DNA of 64,000 nucleotides from Giardia intestinalis (Eukaryota): NCBI GenBank assembly GCA_000002435.2, contig CM018792.1; one strand, 5' to 3'. Shown piece by piece: positions 8,154 to 16,933 of this stretch (position 1 is its first letter; each line of letters starts with the position of its first letter). The notes under the pieces were generated by a model. It saw only the letters and a program-made list of their open reading frames with translations, ran no database searches and was not told where the DNA came from. The position numbers and the translations under genes were made by a program.

Positions 8154-11100
8154 TGGAGTGTGATATGCACAAAGGCCAGTAGTGGAGTGTGCACTGCTTG
8201 TAAGGCAGATAACGGCCTGTTCAAGAACCCGGCTGCAACACCAGAGAAGGGTAGCGAGTGCATCCTCTGTCATGATGTCAATGGGGCAGATGGATATACA
8301 GGGGTGGCTAACTGCGCCACATGTACGGCACCAAGTGGTAGTCCAGGAGCGGCCACGTGTGATACCTGCAGAGATGGATACTATAAGAACGCTCAGACAT
8401 GTGAGAAGTGTGATCAGTCCTGTCTGACCTGTGAGACTACAGAGACCCAGTGTACCTCTTGTAAGGGAAATACGTTCCTGAAGGATAATGCATGCGTGAA
8501 TAGTGATGGATGCACTGGAAACACTTATGCTGACCCTGTGACAATGACCTGCAAGGCGTCTGGTATAGTAGATTGCACCACGTGTGAGTACAACCCGGCA
8601 ACTGGGGGCCCAAAGTGCACGGCATGTAATGGAGCTAAGATAGTCAAGGAAGAGGCCGACGGGACGACTACGTGTATAGACGCCGGCACCTGCACTCAAA
8701 GCGGAGCAACTGGTGAGAACTTCTTGAGCGACGGAGATGCCGAATGCATACTATGTAGCAACGATAGCAGCAAGACAGATAATAACAAGGGAAGCCCCGG
8801 TTGCGGGACCTGCAGCAAGAACGGCGCTAAGCCAGAATGCAAGACGTGCCTCGATGGCTACTACGACAGCGGGAACGGTAACCCCGCCGTATGCGTTGCG
8901 TGCGCTGGCGATTGCGGAAAGTGCGGGCCAGGAGGCGCTATAGATACCTGTGAAAAGTGCAAGCCAGGGTTTTTCTTAAAGAATGACGGGACCAAGAAGT
9001 GCGTCCCATGCGACGATCCGACAGATGGAGTGCCCGGCTGTGCAACGTGCACCCTCTCTGGCTCGTTTACTTGTGACTCTTGTAAGGTGAACTACCAAAA
9101 GAAGGTAGGGGCTGGAGGAGCGGTCACGTGTGTGAAGACTTGCGAGGACCCCACGGCTTGTGGGGGGACAGCTGGCGCCTGCGATGCCATGATAATTGAT
9201 GATCAGGGTAACACAAAGCACTACTGTTCCTACTGTGGAGAGACCAATAAGATACCAATTGATGGGAAGTGTGTTGATAGTGGTAGTATAAATGGTAATA
9301 CTTGTAACAGTCATACATGTACATCATGTGCTGCTAATTACTTCTTATATATGGGTGGTTGTTATAAAGCAACAGAGGTGCCTGGTAGCCTCATGTGCAA
9401 GACCGCTGACAACGGTGTCTGTACCGCTGCTAATGCCAACAATAAGTACTTCGTAGTACCAGGGGCAACCAATCAGAATCAGTCTGTGTTGGCCTGTGGT
9501 AACCCCCTAGGCACACTAGTAGGCACTCAAGGTACTGCTAAGGCATATGTGGGGGTGGATGGCTGCTCACAGTGTACGGCCCCAGCAGCTCCATCTGATG
9601 GTGGTATGACTGCTGCTATATGCACTTCTTGTGACAATAGTAAGAAGCCCAACAGGGATGGCAGTGGGTGTGTGCTGTGTCCTGTGAGTGATTGCAAGAG
9701 CTGTGTGGTGGATAATATATGTGAAGAGTGTGTTGATGGGCTCTACTTCAAAGCTGGTGAGACACCCAGCTGTGTTAGTGCAGAGGCGTGTACTAATGAG
9801 GAGGGCTTCTTCATCGACGCTACCGAGAAGAAGTGCACCGCGTGTGCAGATGATAATTGCGCTGTGTGCGCGGCCAAGGAGCAACAGAAGTGCAGCCGGT
9901 GTAAAACGTCTGGGACCAAGAAGTACCTGATGAAGGATGGCGAGTCCACAACCGGCACGTGCGTTGACACAGCTGGTTGTCCGGCAACCCACTACGTTGA
10001 TGAAGAAGCAAAGGAGTGCAACACCTGCGTTTCAGGAGGGACGGTGGACTGCACCACTTGTGAGAAAGGCGCCAACGGAGTGGTTTGCAAGACATGTACG
10101 ACTGATACGAAGACCATCTTTGGTCTCAACAGAAAGTCGTGCGTTGCTAGTTGCCCTGCTAACTCTACCCCCAAGGCCACCGGGCAGGGTAGCCAAATGT
10201 GCGAGTGCAACGAAGGACTCCAACCTAATACTGAATCGACTGAATGCCAACCAATCAGTAACTGTAACACAGAGCACTGTTTGGAGTGCACCGGTGAAGG
10301 TGCCGATAAGGAGGTCTGTACAAAGTGTCTGTCTGAGTACTACCTCACCCCAACCAGTCAATGCGTATCTGACTGCACGACCCTCAAGGGCTACTACGGA
10401 AATGACACTGACAGAAAGTGCAAGAAGTGCAACGATGCGTGCGTAGAGTGCAAGGGTGAGGGCGCTGATAAGTGTACGGCTTGTCCTGCTGGGAGGATGC
10501 TTCAGTATACAGATGCTGATACTCCTGCCAATGGGGGCACGTGCATGAACCAGTGCAGCGTGAGCCCTGCAAACGATGGATGCGCAGAGTGTGGGGCCCA
10601 AATAGGAGGAACTGCATACTGCTCAAAGTGCAAGAACACTCAACAGGCACCACTGGATGGCAACTGTGCGGCCAATACGCGAACACGATTTTGCACTACG
10701 GTGAGTAATGGAGCATGCACTCAATGTGAAAATAACTACTTCCTCAAAGATGGTGGTTGCTATCAGACAGATAGACAGCCTGGCAAGCAAGTGTGTACTA
10801 CAGTGCAGGGAGGAAAATGTACAAAATGTGCCAGTGGTCTAACGGCTGATAATGGCGATTGTTCCAATAAAAGGTGCCATCTTAGCTGCGAGACATGCAC
10901 GGCTGCTAACGACGCTAACGCCTGTGCTACATGCAGCACTGGATATTACAAACCGCAGAGTGCTGGGACAAAGTGTAATCCGTGCTCTGAGGGGCTCGCT
11001 GGGTGCAGGCAGTGCACGGTGTCATCCACCGGTGCGTTCATGTGCCTCGTGATGGGCGACGGCACTGGCGACAACACCGGCGGAAGCGTCAACAGGGGCG

Positions 11101-11207
11101 GGCTCAGCACAGGCGCCATCGCGGGGATCTCCGTCGCTGTCATCGTTGTCGTGGGCGGCCTCGTGGGCTTCCTCTGCTGGTGGTTCATATGTAGGGGGAA
11201 GGCGTGA
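8154..11207 (+). CDS. VSP-like unit 5, long chimeric form (1017 codons) with an extra ~430-aa Cys-repeat block
   Basis: The frame is open from TGG 8154, after TAG 8151-8153, to TGA 11205-11207. The first ~520 aa resemble the other units, including a block identical to unit 9. An additional Cys-rich region (about 9700-11000; CTACADDNCAVCAAKEQQKCSRCKTSG..., NEGLQPNTESTECQPISNC..., GGCYQTDRQPGKQVC) precedes [38 protein letters not shown]. The ORF-track start at 8160 is a GTG; the first in-frame ATG is at 8544. Confidence 0.75.
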   Translation, partial: WSVICTKASSGVCTACKADNGLFKNPAATPEKGSECILCHDVNGADGYTGVANCATCTAPSGSPGAATCDTCRDGYYKNAQTCEKCDQSCLTCETTETQCTSCKGNTFLKDNACVNSDGCTGNTYADPVTMTCKASGIVDCTTCEYNPATGGPKCTACNGAKIVKEEADGTTTCIDAGTCTQSGATGENFLSDGDAECILCSNDSSKTDNNKGSPGCGTCSKNGAKPECKTCLDGYYDSGNGNPAVCVACAGDCGKCGPGGAIDTCEKCKPGFFLKNDGTKKCVPCDDPTDGVPGCATCTLSGSFTCDSCKVNYQKKVGAGGAVTCVKTCEDPTACGGTAGACDAMIIDDQGNTKHYCSYCGETNKIPIDGKCVDSGSINGNTCNSHTCTSCAANYFLYMGGCYKATEVPGSLMCKTADNGVCTAANANNKYFVVPGATNQNQSVLACGNPLGTLVGTQGTAKAYVGVDGCSQCTAPAAPSDGGMTAAICTSCDNSKKPNRDGSGCVLCPVSDCKSCVVDNICEECVDGLYFKAGETPSCVSAEACTNEEGFFIDATEKKCTACADDNCAVCAAKEQQKCSRCKTSGTKKYLMKDGESTTGTCVDTAGCPATHYVDEEAKECNTCVSGGTVDCTTCEKGANGVVCKTCTTDTKTIFGLNRKSCVASCPANSTPKATGQGSQMCECNEGLQPNTESTECQPISNCNTEHCLECTGEGADKEVCTKCLSEYYLTPTSQCVSDCTTLKGYYGNDTDRKCKKCNDACVECKGEGADKCTACPAGRMLQYTDADTPANGGTCMNQCSVSPANDGCAECGAQIGGTAYCSKCKNTQQAPLDGNCAANTRTRFCTTVSNGACTQCENNYFLKDGGCYQTDRQPGKQVCTTVQGGKCTKCASGLTADNGDCSNKRCHLSCETCTAANDANACATCSTGYYKPQSAGTKCNPCSEGLAGCRQCTVSSTGAFMCLVMGDGTGDNTGGSVNRGGLSTGAIAGISVAVIVVVGGLVGFLCWWFICRGKA

Positions 11208-11221
11208 CTTAGGTAGTGAAT
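11207..11221 (+). promoter_or_regulatory. extended VSP-type poly(A) signal ACTTAGGTAGTGAAT
   Basis: The box overlaps the last base of the unit 5 TGA stop. Confidence 0.65.
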
Positions 11222-11282
11222 GCTATACAATGGGTGATAGAGGGTGATAGAGGGTGATAGAGGGTGATAGTGTGATGATAGT
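11222..11282 (+). repeat. inter-unit spacer with four tandem AGGGTGATAG decamers (canonical G4 motif at 11232-11264)
   Basis: The sequence is gctatacaatgggtgatagagggtgatagagggtgatagagggtgatagtgtgatgatagt. GGG runs at 11232, 11242, 11252 and 11262 are separated by 7-nt loops (tgataga). Confidence 0.7.
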
Positions 11283-13235
11283 ATGATAGTGCTATGTGGT
11301 GTGCTGTGCTCTGTGGGTGATAGTGATAGTGTGGGACTCCTCTTCATGGGCGGGTGCTACAAGACAGAGAGTCAGCCCGGCAGTGAGATATGCACAGCAG
11401 CCAAGGATGGAGTATGCACTGCTTGTAAGGCAGATAACGGCCTGTTCAAGAACCCTGCTGCACCTCAGAAGCCTGGTAGTGAGTGCATACTCTGTCATGA
11501 TGCCACAGGAGCAGATGGATATACGGGAGTAGAGAACTGCGCACAGTGTACCAAGTCAGACAGTAATAAGGGGGCAGCCACGTGCACCGAGTGTCAAGAT
11601 GGATACTATAAGAACGCTCAGACATGTACCAAATGTAATGACGCTTGTCTGACTTGCGATGGAAGTGGCCAGAATGCGTGCACATCGTGTCCAGAGGGGA
11701 AGTACCTGAAGGGTGATAACACTTGTGTAGATGCTAATCAATGTGGTGCTGATAAGTACGCAGACAAGAAGACCTGGACCTGCAAGGCATGTGATCCCGA
11801 CATAACTGGGTGCACCGCATGTGCATACGAGGATGCCACCGGCGGCCCTGTTTGCAGTACATGCGGTAGCCCCAATAGCTTGGTCAAAACTGCCAGTGAT
11901 GGCACAACAACGTGTGTCGATGCAAATGGGTGCAAAGAAGGGGGCATGCACTTCGTTGACGATGGTAACACCAAGTGCATATTATGCAGTGATACTAATG
12001 GAGGAAGTCCAAATGATCAGGGAAAGGATAACTGTAAGAAATGTACTAAGGCTAATTCAGGACAACCACCGGAGTGCTCAGCGTGCCTCGATGGATACTT
12101 CTTTGATAATAGTGCTAAGACATGTACAAACAAGTGCGCCCCCAACTGTGCCATGTGCTCTGAAGCTACGACAGAAAATAAGTGCCTGACCTGCAAGGAG
12201 GGGTTCTTTCTGAAGGTTAGTGGTACCCCAGGACAATGCTTCGCCTGTGATAGCGTAGAGAATGGTGGCATAGATGGGTGTGCTGAGTGCACAAATAGTG
12301 GCACATTTAAGTGTACAAAGTGTAAGGTGAACTACAGACCCAGCGGAGACTCTTCGACTGGGGTCACGTGTACCAAGATTTGTGAAGACGAGACTGCCTG
12401 CGGGGGTACTTCTGGTGCCTGCGATGCCATGATAATTGATGATCAGGGCAACACAAAGAATTATTGTTCCTATTGTGGAGATAGTACTAAGGTACCAATT
12501 GATGGACTATGTGTCAGTACTGGTAGCAATGCAAATGGTAATACTTGTACCAGTCATACATGTACATCATGTGCTCAAGGGTACTTCTTGTATATGGGAG
12601 GGTGTTACAGTGTATTAACTCAGCCGGGTAAGTCCATGTGCAAGACATCAAGTAAGGAGGGGATATGCACAGAGGCAGCAAGTAATAAGTACTTCCTGGT
12701 ACCAGAAGCAACCAATGCTCAGCAGTCTGTATTGGCTTGTAGTAACCCCCTTGGCACACTAATAGGCACTCAAGACAAAGCTAAGGCATACGTGGGGGTG
12801 GATGGCTGCTCCCAGTGTACAGCCCCGACACCTTTGACTGGGGCTGGTATGGCCCCCGCTGTGTGCACAGCGTGTAGCGGCACCAACAAGCCCAACCTGG
12901 CTGGGAGCGGGTGCTTCGCATGTGCTGTTGAGGGATGCTCGCACTGCAATAGAGACAACATGTGCGAGAAGTGTGATAACAACAAGAAGGTGAGCCCCGG
13001 GAGGAAGTCATGCGTGGATGGCTGTCCCAGCAACTCCACTGACACCGACTCTGTCTGTGTGTGCAACGATGGATACAGCCCTGATGATGCTGGGGCCTCC
13101 TGTGTGTCCTCTGGCGCCAACAGGAGCGGGCTCTCCACGGGGGCCATCGCGGGGATCTCCGTCGCTGTGGTCGCTGTCGTGGGGGGCCTCGTGGGCTTCC
13201 TCTGCTGGTGGTTCGTGTGCAGGGGGAAGGCATGA
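11283..13235 (+). CDS. VSP-like cysteine-rich surface protein unit 6 (650 aa; ATG four codons after the spacer stop)
   Basis: ATG 11283 follows TAG 11268-11270 by four codons. The spacer-derived N-terminus is MIVLCGVLCSVGDSDSVGLLFMGGCYKTESQPGSEICTAAKDGVCTACKADNGLFKNPA. The C-terminus is ...[38 protein letters not shown] and is followed by the poly(A) box. Confidence 0.8.
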   Translation: MIVLCGVLCSVGDSDSVGLLFMGGCYKTESQPGSEICTAAKDGVCTACKADNGLFKNPAAPQKPGSECILCHDATGADGYTGVENCAQCTKSDSNKGAATCTECQDGYYKNAQTCTKCNDACLTCDGSGQNACTSCPEGKYLKGDNTCVDANQCGADKYADKKTWTCKACDPDITGCTACAYEDATGGPVCSTCGSPNSLVKTASDGTTTCVDANGCKEGGMHFVDDGNTKCILCSDTNGGSPNDQGKDNCKKCTKANSGQPPECSACLDGYFFDNSAKTCTNKCAPNCAMCSEATTENKCLTCKEGFFLKVSGTPGQCFACDSVENGGIDGCAECTNSGTFKCTKCKVNYRPSGDSSTGVTCTKICEDETACGGTSGACDAMIIDDQGNTKNYCSYCGDSTKVPIDGLCVSTGSNANGNTCTSHTCTSCAQGYFLYMGGCYSVLTQPGKSMCKTSSKEGICTEAASNKYFLVPEATNAQQSVLACSNPLGTLIGTQDKAKAYVGVDGCSQCTAPTPLTGAGMAPAVCTACSGTNKPNLAGSGCFACAVEGCSHCNRDNMCEKCDNNKKVSPGRKSCVDGCPSNSTDTDSVCVCNDGYSPDDAGASCVSSGANRSGLSTGAIAGISVAVVAVVGGLVGFLCWWFVCRGKA

Positions 13236-13249
13236 CTTAGGTAGTGAAT
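13235..13249 (+). promoter_or_regulatory. extended VSP-type poly(A) signal ACTTAGGTAGTGAAT
   Basis: The box overlaps the last base of the unit 6 TGA stop. Confidence 0.65.
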
Positions 13250-13319
13250 GCTGTACAATGTGTGATAGAAGGTGATAGTGGGTGATAATGGGTGATAGTG
13301 GGTGATGATAGTGTGATAG
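13250..13319 (+). repeat. inter-unit spacer, (GGTGATAGTG)n variant
   Basis: The sequence is gctgtacaatgtgtgatagaaggtgatagtgggtgataatgggtgatagtgggtgatgatagtgtgatag. It contains GG and three GGG runs, each separated by 7 nt. Confidence 0.7.
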
Positions 13320-15071
13320 TGGAGTGACATATGCACACAGGCTAGTGATGGAGTGTGCACTGCTTGTAATACAGCTAACGGCCTGTTCAAGAACCCGGCT
13401 GCACCATCAGAGAAGGGTAGTGAGTGCATACTCTGCTGGGACACGGTGGGAGATGGCGCGACGAAGGGAGTCCAGGGCTGTGCCACATGTACAGCACCAG
13501 CTAATAATAAGGGGGCTGCCACGTGTACTAAGTGCCAAGATGGATACTATAAGAACGCTCAGACATGTGTCAAATGTAATGAAGCTTGTCTGACCTGCGA
13601 TGGAAGTGGCCAGAATGCGTGCACATCGTGCCCAGAGGGGAAGTACCTGAAGACTGACAAGTCATGCGTGAATAATAATGGATGCACTGGAAACACTTAT
13701 GCTGACCCGGAGTCGGGGAAGTGCCTTCCTTGCAACACGATAGATCAAGCATGTACCCAGTGTGAGGTTGATTCGACTACCAAGAAGCCGAAGTGCACAG
13801 CTTGTGATAACAGTGGGAAAAAGGTAAAGACGGCCATCGATGGCACCACAACGTGCGTTGATGTGAGCTCTAATTGCGTGGATGCTGATCACTTCAAGGC
13901 AGATGGTGACTCAGCGTGTGTCTTGTGCAGCGATACCAGCGGATCAGACCCAAAGAACAAAGGCATTGCTGGCTGTAAGGCTTGCACGAAGACAGCGAGT
14001 GCTAATCCAACCTGCTCGGAGTGCCTAGCTGGATACTACAGTAGTGGTAGTGGTACGGTTACATGCACAGCCTGTGGACAAAACTGTGCCACCTGCACTC
14101 AAGCTGGCAACAATCAGTGCACTAAGTGCAAGGCAGGGTTCTTCCTGAAAGGCAATGGTCCCGGTGAGTGTGTCCCATGTGATGATGCACAGAATCAAGG
14201 GATCGAGGGCTGTGCCGAGTGCACTGGTACTACAGGATCCCTCAAGTGTACTAAGTGCAAGCCTAACAGGAAGCCCGCGGGAAACCAAGACAACTATACA
14301 TGCACAGAGAAGACCTGCGAGGATGAGACTGCATGTGGTGGGACAGCTGGCTCTTGTGATGCCACAGTGATTGATAATCAGGGCAATGCAAAGCACTACT
14401 GTTCCTATTGTGGAGAGGCTAATAAGTTCCCTATCAACGGTGTCTGTGTTGAAAGTAGTCAAAAGAACGGGAATAACTGTAACAGTCATACATGTACATC
14501 ATGTGCTCAAGGGTACTTTATGTACATGGGAGGGTGCTATGATGCGTCGAAGGCTCCCGGTAGTCATATGTGCAAGACCGCTGACAACGGTGTCTGTACT
14601 ACTCCCAATGCCAACAATAGGTACTTCCTGGTCCCAGGGGCATCCAACACTGATCAGTCTGTGTTGGCTTGTAGTAACCCATTAGGCACACTAGTAGGCA
14701 CTGGTGATACTGCTAAGGCATACGTGGGGGTACTCAACTGTTCACAGTGCACAGCCCCAGCAGCTCTGTCTGATGGTGGTATGGCTGCTGCTATATGTAC
14801 CTCCTGTGACAGTAGTAAGGTGCCCAACAGGGATGGCAGCGGGTGTGTGCTGTGCTCTGACACCAACTGCAAGAGCTGTGTGATGGACGGTGTGTGTGGG
14901 GAGTGCAGTGATGGGTACAGTCTAGAGGGTGGCAGGTGCGTGTCCTCTGGCGCCAACAGGAGCGGGCTCTCCACGGGGGCCATCGCGGGGATCTCCGTCG
15001 CTGTCATCGCTGTCGTGGGTGGTCTCATAGGGTTCCTCTGCTGGTGGTTCGTGTGTAGGGGGAAGGCGTGA
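13320..15071 (+). CDS. VSP-like cysteine-rich surface protein unit 7 (583 codons; no in-frame ATG before about 14518)
   Basis: The frame is open from TGG 13320, after TAG 13317-13319, to TGA 15069-15071. The N-terminus reads WSDICTQASDGVCTACNTANGLFKNPA... and the C-terminus is ...[38 protein letters not shown]. Its 3' 1.4 kb is about 99% identical to unit 10. The ORF-track start at 13353 is a GTG. Confidence 0.75.
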   Translation, partial: WSDICTQASDGVCTACNTANGLFKNPAAPSEKGSECILCWDTVGDGATKGVQGCATCTAPANNKGAATCTKCQDGYYKNAQTCVKCNEACLTCDGSGQNACTSCPEGKYLKTDKSCVNNNGCTGNTYADPESGKCLPCNTIDQACTQCEVDSTTKKPKCTACDNSGKKVKTAIDGTTTCVDVSSNCVDADHFKADGDSACVLCSDTSGSDPKNKGIAGCKACTKTASANPTCSECLAGYYSSGSGTVTCTACGQNCATCTQAGNNQCTKCKAGFFLKGNGPGECVPCDDAQNQGIEGCAECTGTTGSLKCTKCKPNRKPAGNQDNYTCTEKTCEDETACGGTAGSCDATVIDNQGNAKHYCSYCGEANKFPINGVCVESSQKNGNNCNSHTCTSCAQGYFMYMGGCYDASKAPGSHMCKTADNGVCTTPNANNRYFLVPGASNTDQSVLACSNPLGTLVGTGDTAKAYVGVLNCSQCTAPAALSDGGMAAAICTSCDSSKVPNRDGSGCVLCSDTNCKSCVMDGVCGECSDGYSLEGGRCVSSGANRSGLSTGAIAGISVAVIAVVGGLIGFLCWWFVCRGKA

Positions 15072-15085
15072 CTTAGGTAGTGAAT
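15071..15085 (+). promoter_or_regulatory. extended VSP-type poly(A) signal ACTTAGGTAGTGAAT
   Basis: The box overlaps the last base of the unit 7 TGA stop. Confidence 0.65.
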
Positions 15086-15124
15086 GCTCTATAGTGTATG
15101 ATAATGGGTGATAGAGGGTGATAG
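15086..15124 (+). repeat. inter-unit spacer, (GGTGATAGAG)n variant
   Basis: This spacer is identical to the one at 2379-2417. Confidence 0.7.
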
Positions 15125-16870
15125 TGGAGTGAGATATGCACAGCAGCCAGTGATGGACTGTGCACTGCTTGTAAGACAGCTAACGGCCTGTTCAAGAACC
15201 CTGCTACAGCACCAGAGAAGGGAAGGGAGTGCATCCTGTGCTCTGATACGACAGATAGAGACGGGGTCACGGGAGCCGCTGGATGCTCAGAATGCTCCCA
15301 CACGGGCACTAGCGGACCGGCCACATGCACTGTCTGCCAAGATGGATACATTAAGAAGGGTGATGCATGTGAGAAGTGTGATCAGTCTTGTCTGACCTGC
15401 GATGCAAGTGGTCCGAATCAGTGTACATCGTGTCCAGAGGGGAAGTACCTGAAGAGTAATCAATGTGTACAAGATACTGGATGCGATGGAAACACTTATG
15501 CTGACCCAGAGTCGGGGAAGTGCAAGGCATGTAGTACGATACACGCAGAGTGCACGGCATGCTCCTTCGACAAGGCCACGGGGAAGCCAAAGTGCACAAA
15601 CTGCGGTGCCAGTAAGATCCCCAGGACGACCCTCGACGGGACCTCGACCTGCGTGACAAAAGGGTATACAGAATGCCAAGGAGCAGACAAGGAGCTGTTC
15701 ATGAAGGAGGACCAATCGGCGTGCCTGCTGTGCGGAGATACTAAAGAAGCTAGCAACGATAAGGGGGTCGCTAACTGTAGGACGTGCACTAAGAATGCAA
15801 ATGACTCCCCTCCAACTTGCACAGCGTGCCTCAATGGATACTTCTTTGAACAGTCATCAAACACTTGTTCGGCTTGTGGGGCCAACTGTGCCACATGTTC
15901 AGCTAAAACTGCTGAGGATAAGTGCTTAACATGCAAGGAGGGGTTCTTCCTGGCCGGCACCGGCGAAGGAAAGTGCATCTCGTGCGAGAATGGTAATGAT
16001 AGTGGCTACAGCGGGCTTGCAGGATGCCTCTCTTGCACAGCCCCAGCCGCCCCGGGCCCGGCCAGCTGCAACCGCTGCAAGATCGGCTACAAGTTACAGG
16101 GAACAACGTGTGTGAAGACCTGCGAGGATGAGACTGCCTGCGGGGGTACTTCTGGGGCCTGCGATGCCATCGTAATAGATGATAAGGGCAACACAAAGCA
16201 CTACTGTTCATACTGTGGGGATAGCAGTAAGTATCCTATAGATGGTCTCTGTGCTAGTGAGGCTCAAAGTAATACTTGTAACAACCATGTCTGTGAGTCT
16301 TGTACTACGGGGTACTTCCTATACATGAACGGCTGCTATGATGTGTCGAAGCCTCCTGGTAATCTCATGTGCTCCAAAGCAACAACAGCTGGTGTCTGCA
16401 CAGAAGCAGCCAACAATAAGTACTTCGTAGTCCCAGAAGCAAAGGCTACTGATCAGTCTGTACTAGCCTGTGGTAACCCCCTGGGCACATTGATAGGCAC
16501 TCAAGGTACTGCTAAGGCATACGTGGGGGTGGATGGCTGCTCCCAGTGTACAGCCCCGACACAGCTAGAGGCTCCTGGTATGACCTCCGCTGTGTGTACT
16601 GCCTGTGACAGTGGTAGGAAGCCCAACAGGGATGGCAGTGGGTGTGTAGTATGCTCTGACACCAACTGCAAGAGCTGTGTGATGGACGGTGTGTGTGGGG
16701 AGTGCAACAGTGGCTTCAGTTTAGACAATGGTAAGTGTGTGTCCTCTGGCGCCAACAGGAGCGGGCTCTCCACGGGGGCCATCGCGGGGATCTCCGTCGC
16801 TGTGGTCGCTGTCGTGGGGGGCCTCGTGGGCTTCCTCTGCTGGTGGTTCGTGTGTAGGGGGAAGGCGTGA
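15125..16870 (+). CDS. VSP-like cysteine-rich surface protein unit 8 (581 codons; first in-frame ATG at 15701)
   Basis: The frame is open from TGG 15125, after TAG 15122-15124, to TGA 16868-16870. The 5' ~490 nt are near-identical to unit 2 (2365-2850), and a central block is identical to unit 4. The C-terminus is ...[38 protein letters not shown]. Confidence 0.75.
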   Translation, partial: WSEICTAASDGLCTACKTANGLFKNPATAPEKGRECILCSDTTDRDGVTGAAGCSECSHTGTSGPATCTVCQDGYIKKGDACEKCDQSCLTCDASGPNQCTSCPEGKYLKSNQCVQDTGCDGNTYADPESGKCKACSTIHAECTACSFDKATGKPKCTNCGASKIPRTTLDGTSTCVTKGYTECQGADKELFMKEDQSACLLCGDTKEASNDKGVANCRTCTKNANDSPPTCTACLNGYFFEQSSNTCSACGANCATCSAKTAEDKCLTCKEGFFLAGTGEGKCISCENGNDSGYSGLAGCLSCTAPAAPGPASCNRCKIGYKLQGTTCVKTCEDETACGGTSGACDAIVIDDKGNTKHYCSYCGDSSKYPIDGLCASEAQSNTCNNHVCESCTTGYFLYMNGCYDVSKPPGNLMCSKATTAGVCTEAANNKYFVVPEAKATDQSVLACGNPLGTLIGTQGTAKAYVGVDGCSQCTAPTQLEAPGMTSAVCTACDSGRKPNRDGSGCVVCSDTNCKSCVMDGVCGECNSGFSLDNGKCVSSGANRSGLSTGAIAGISVAVVAVVGGLVGFLCWWFVCRGKA

Positions 16871-16884
16871 CTTAGGTAGTGAAT
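16870..16884 (+). promoter_or_regulatory. extended VSP-type poly(A) signal ACTTAGGTAGTGAAT
   Basis: The box overlaps the last base of the unit 8 TGA stop. Confidence 0.65.
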
Positions 16885-16933
16885 GCTGTACAATGTGTGA
16901 TAGAAGGTGATAGTGGGTGATAATGGGTGATAA
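16885..16933 (+). repeat. inter-unit spacer, (GGTGATAG)n variant
   Basis: The sequence is gctgtacaatgtgtgatagaaggtgatagtgggtgataatgggtgataa. Confidence 0.7.
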
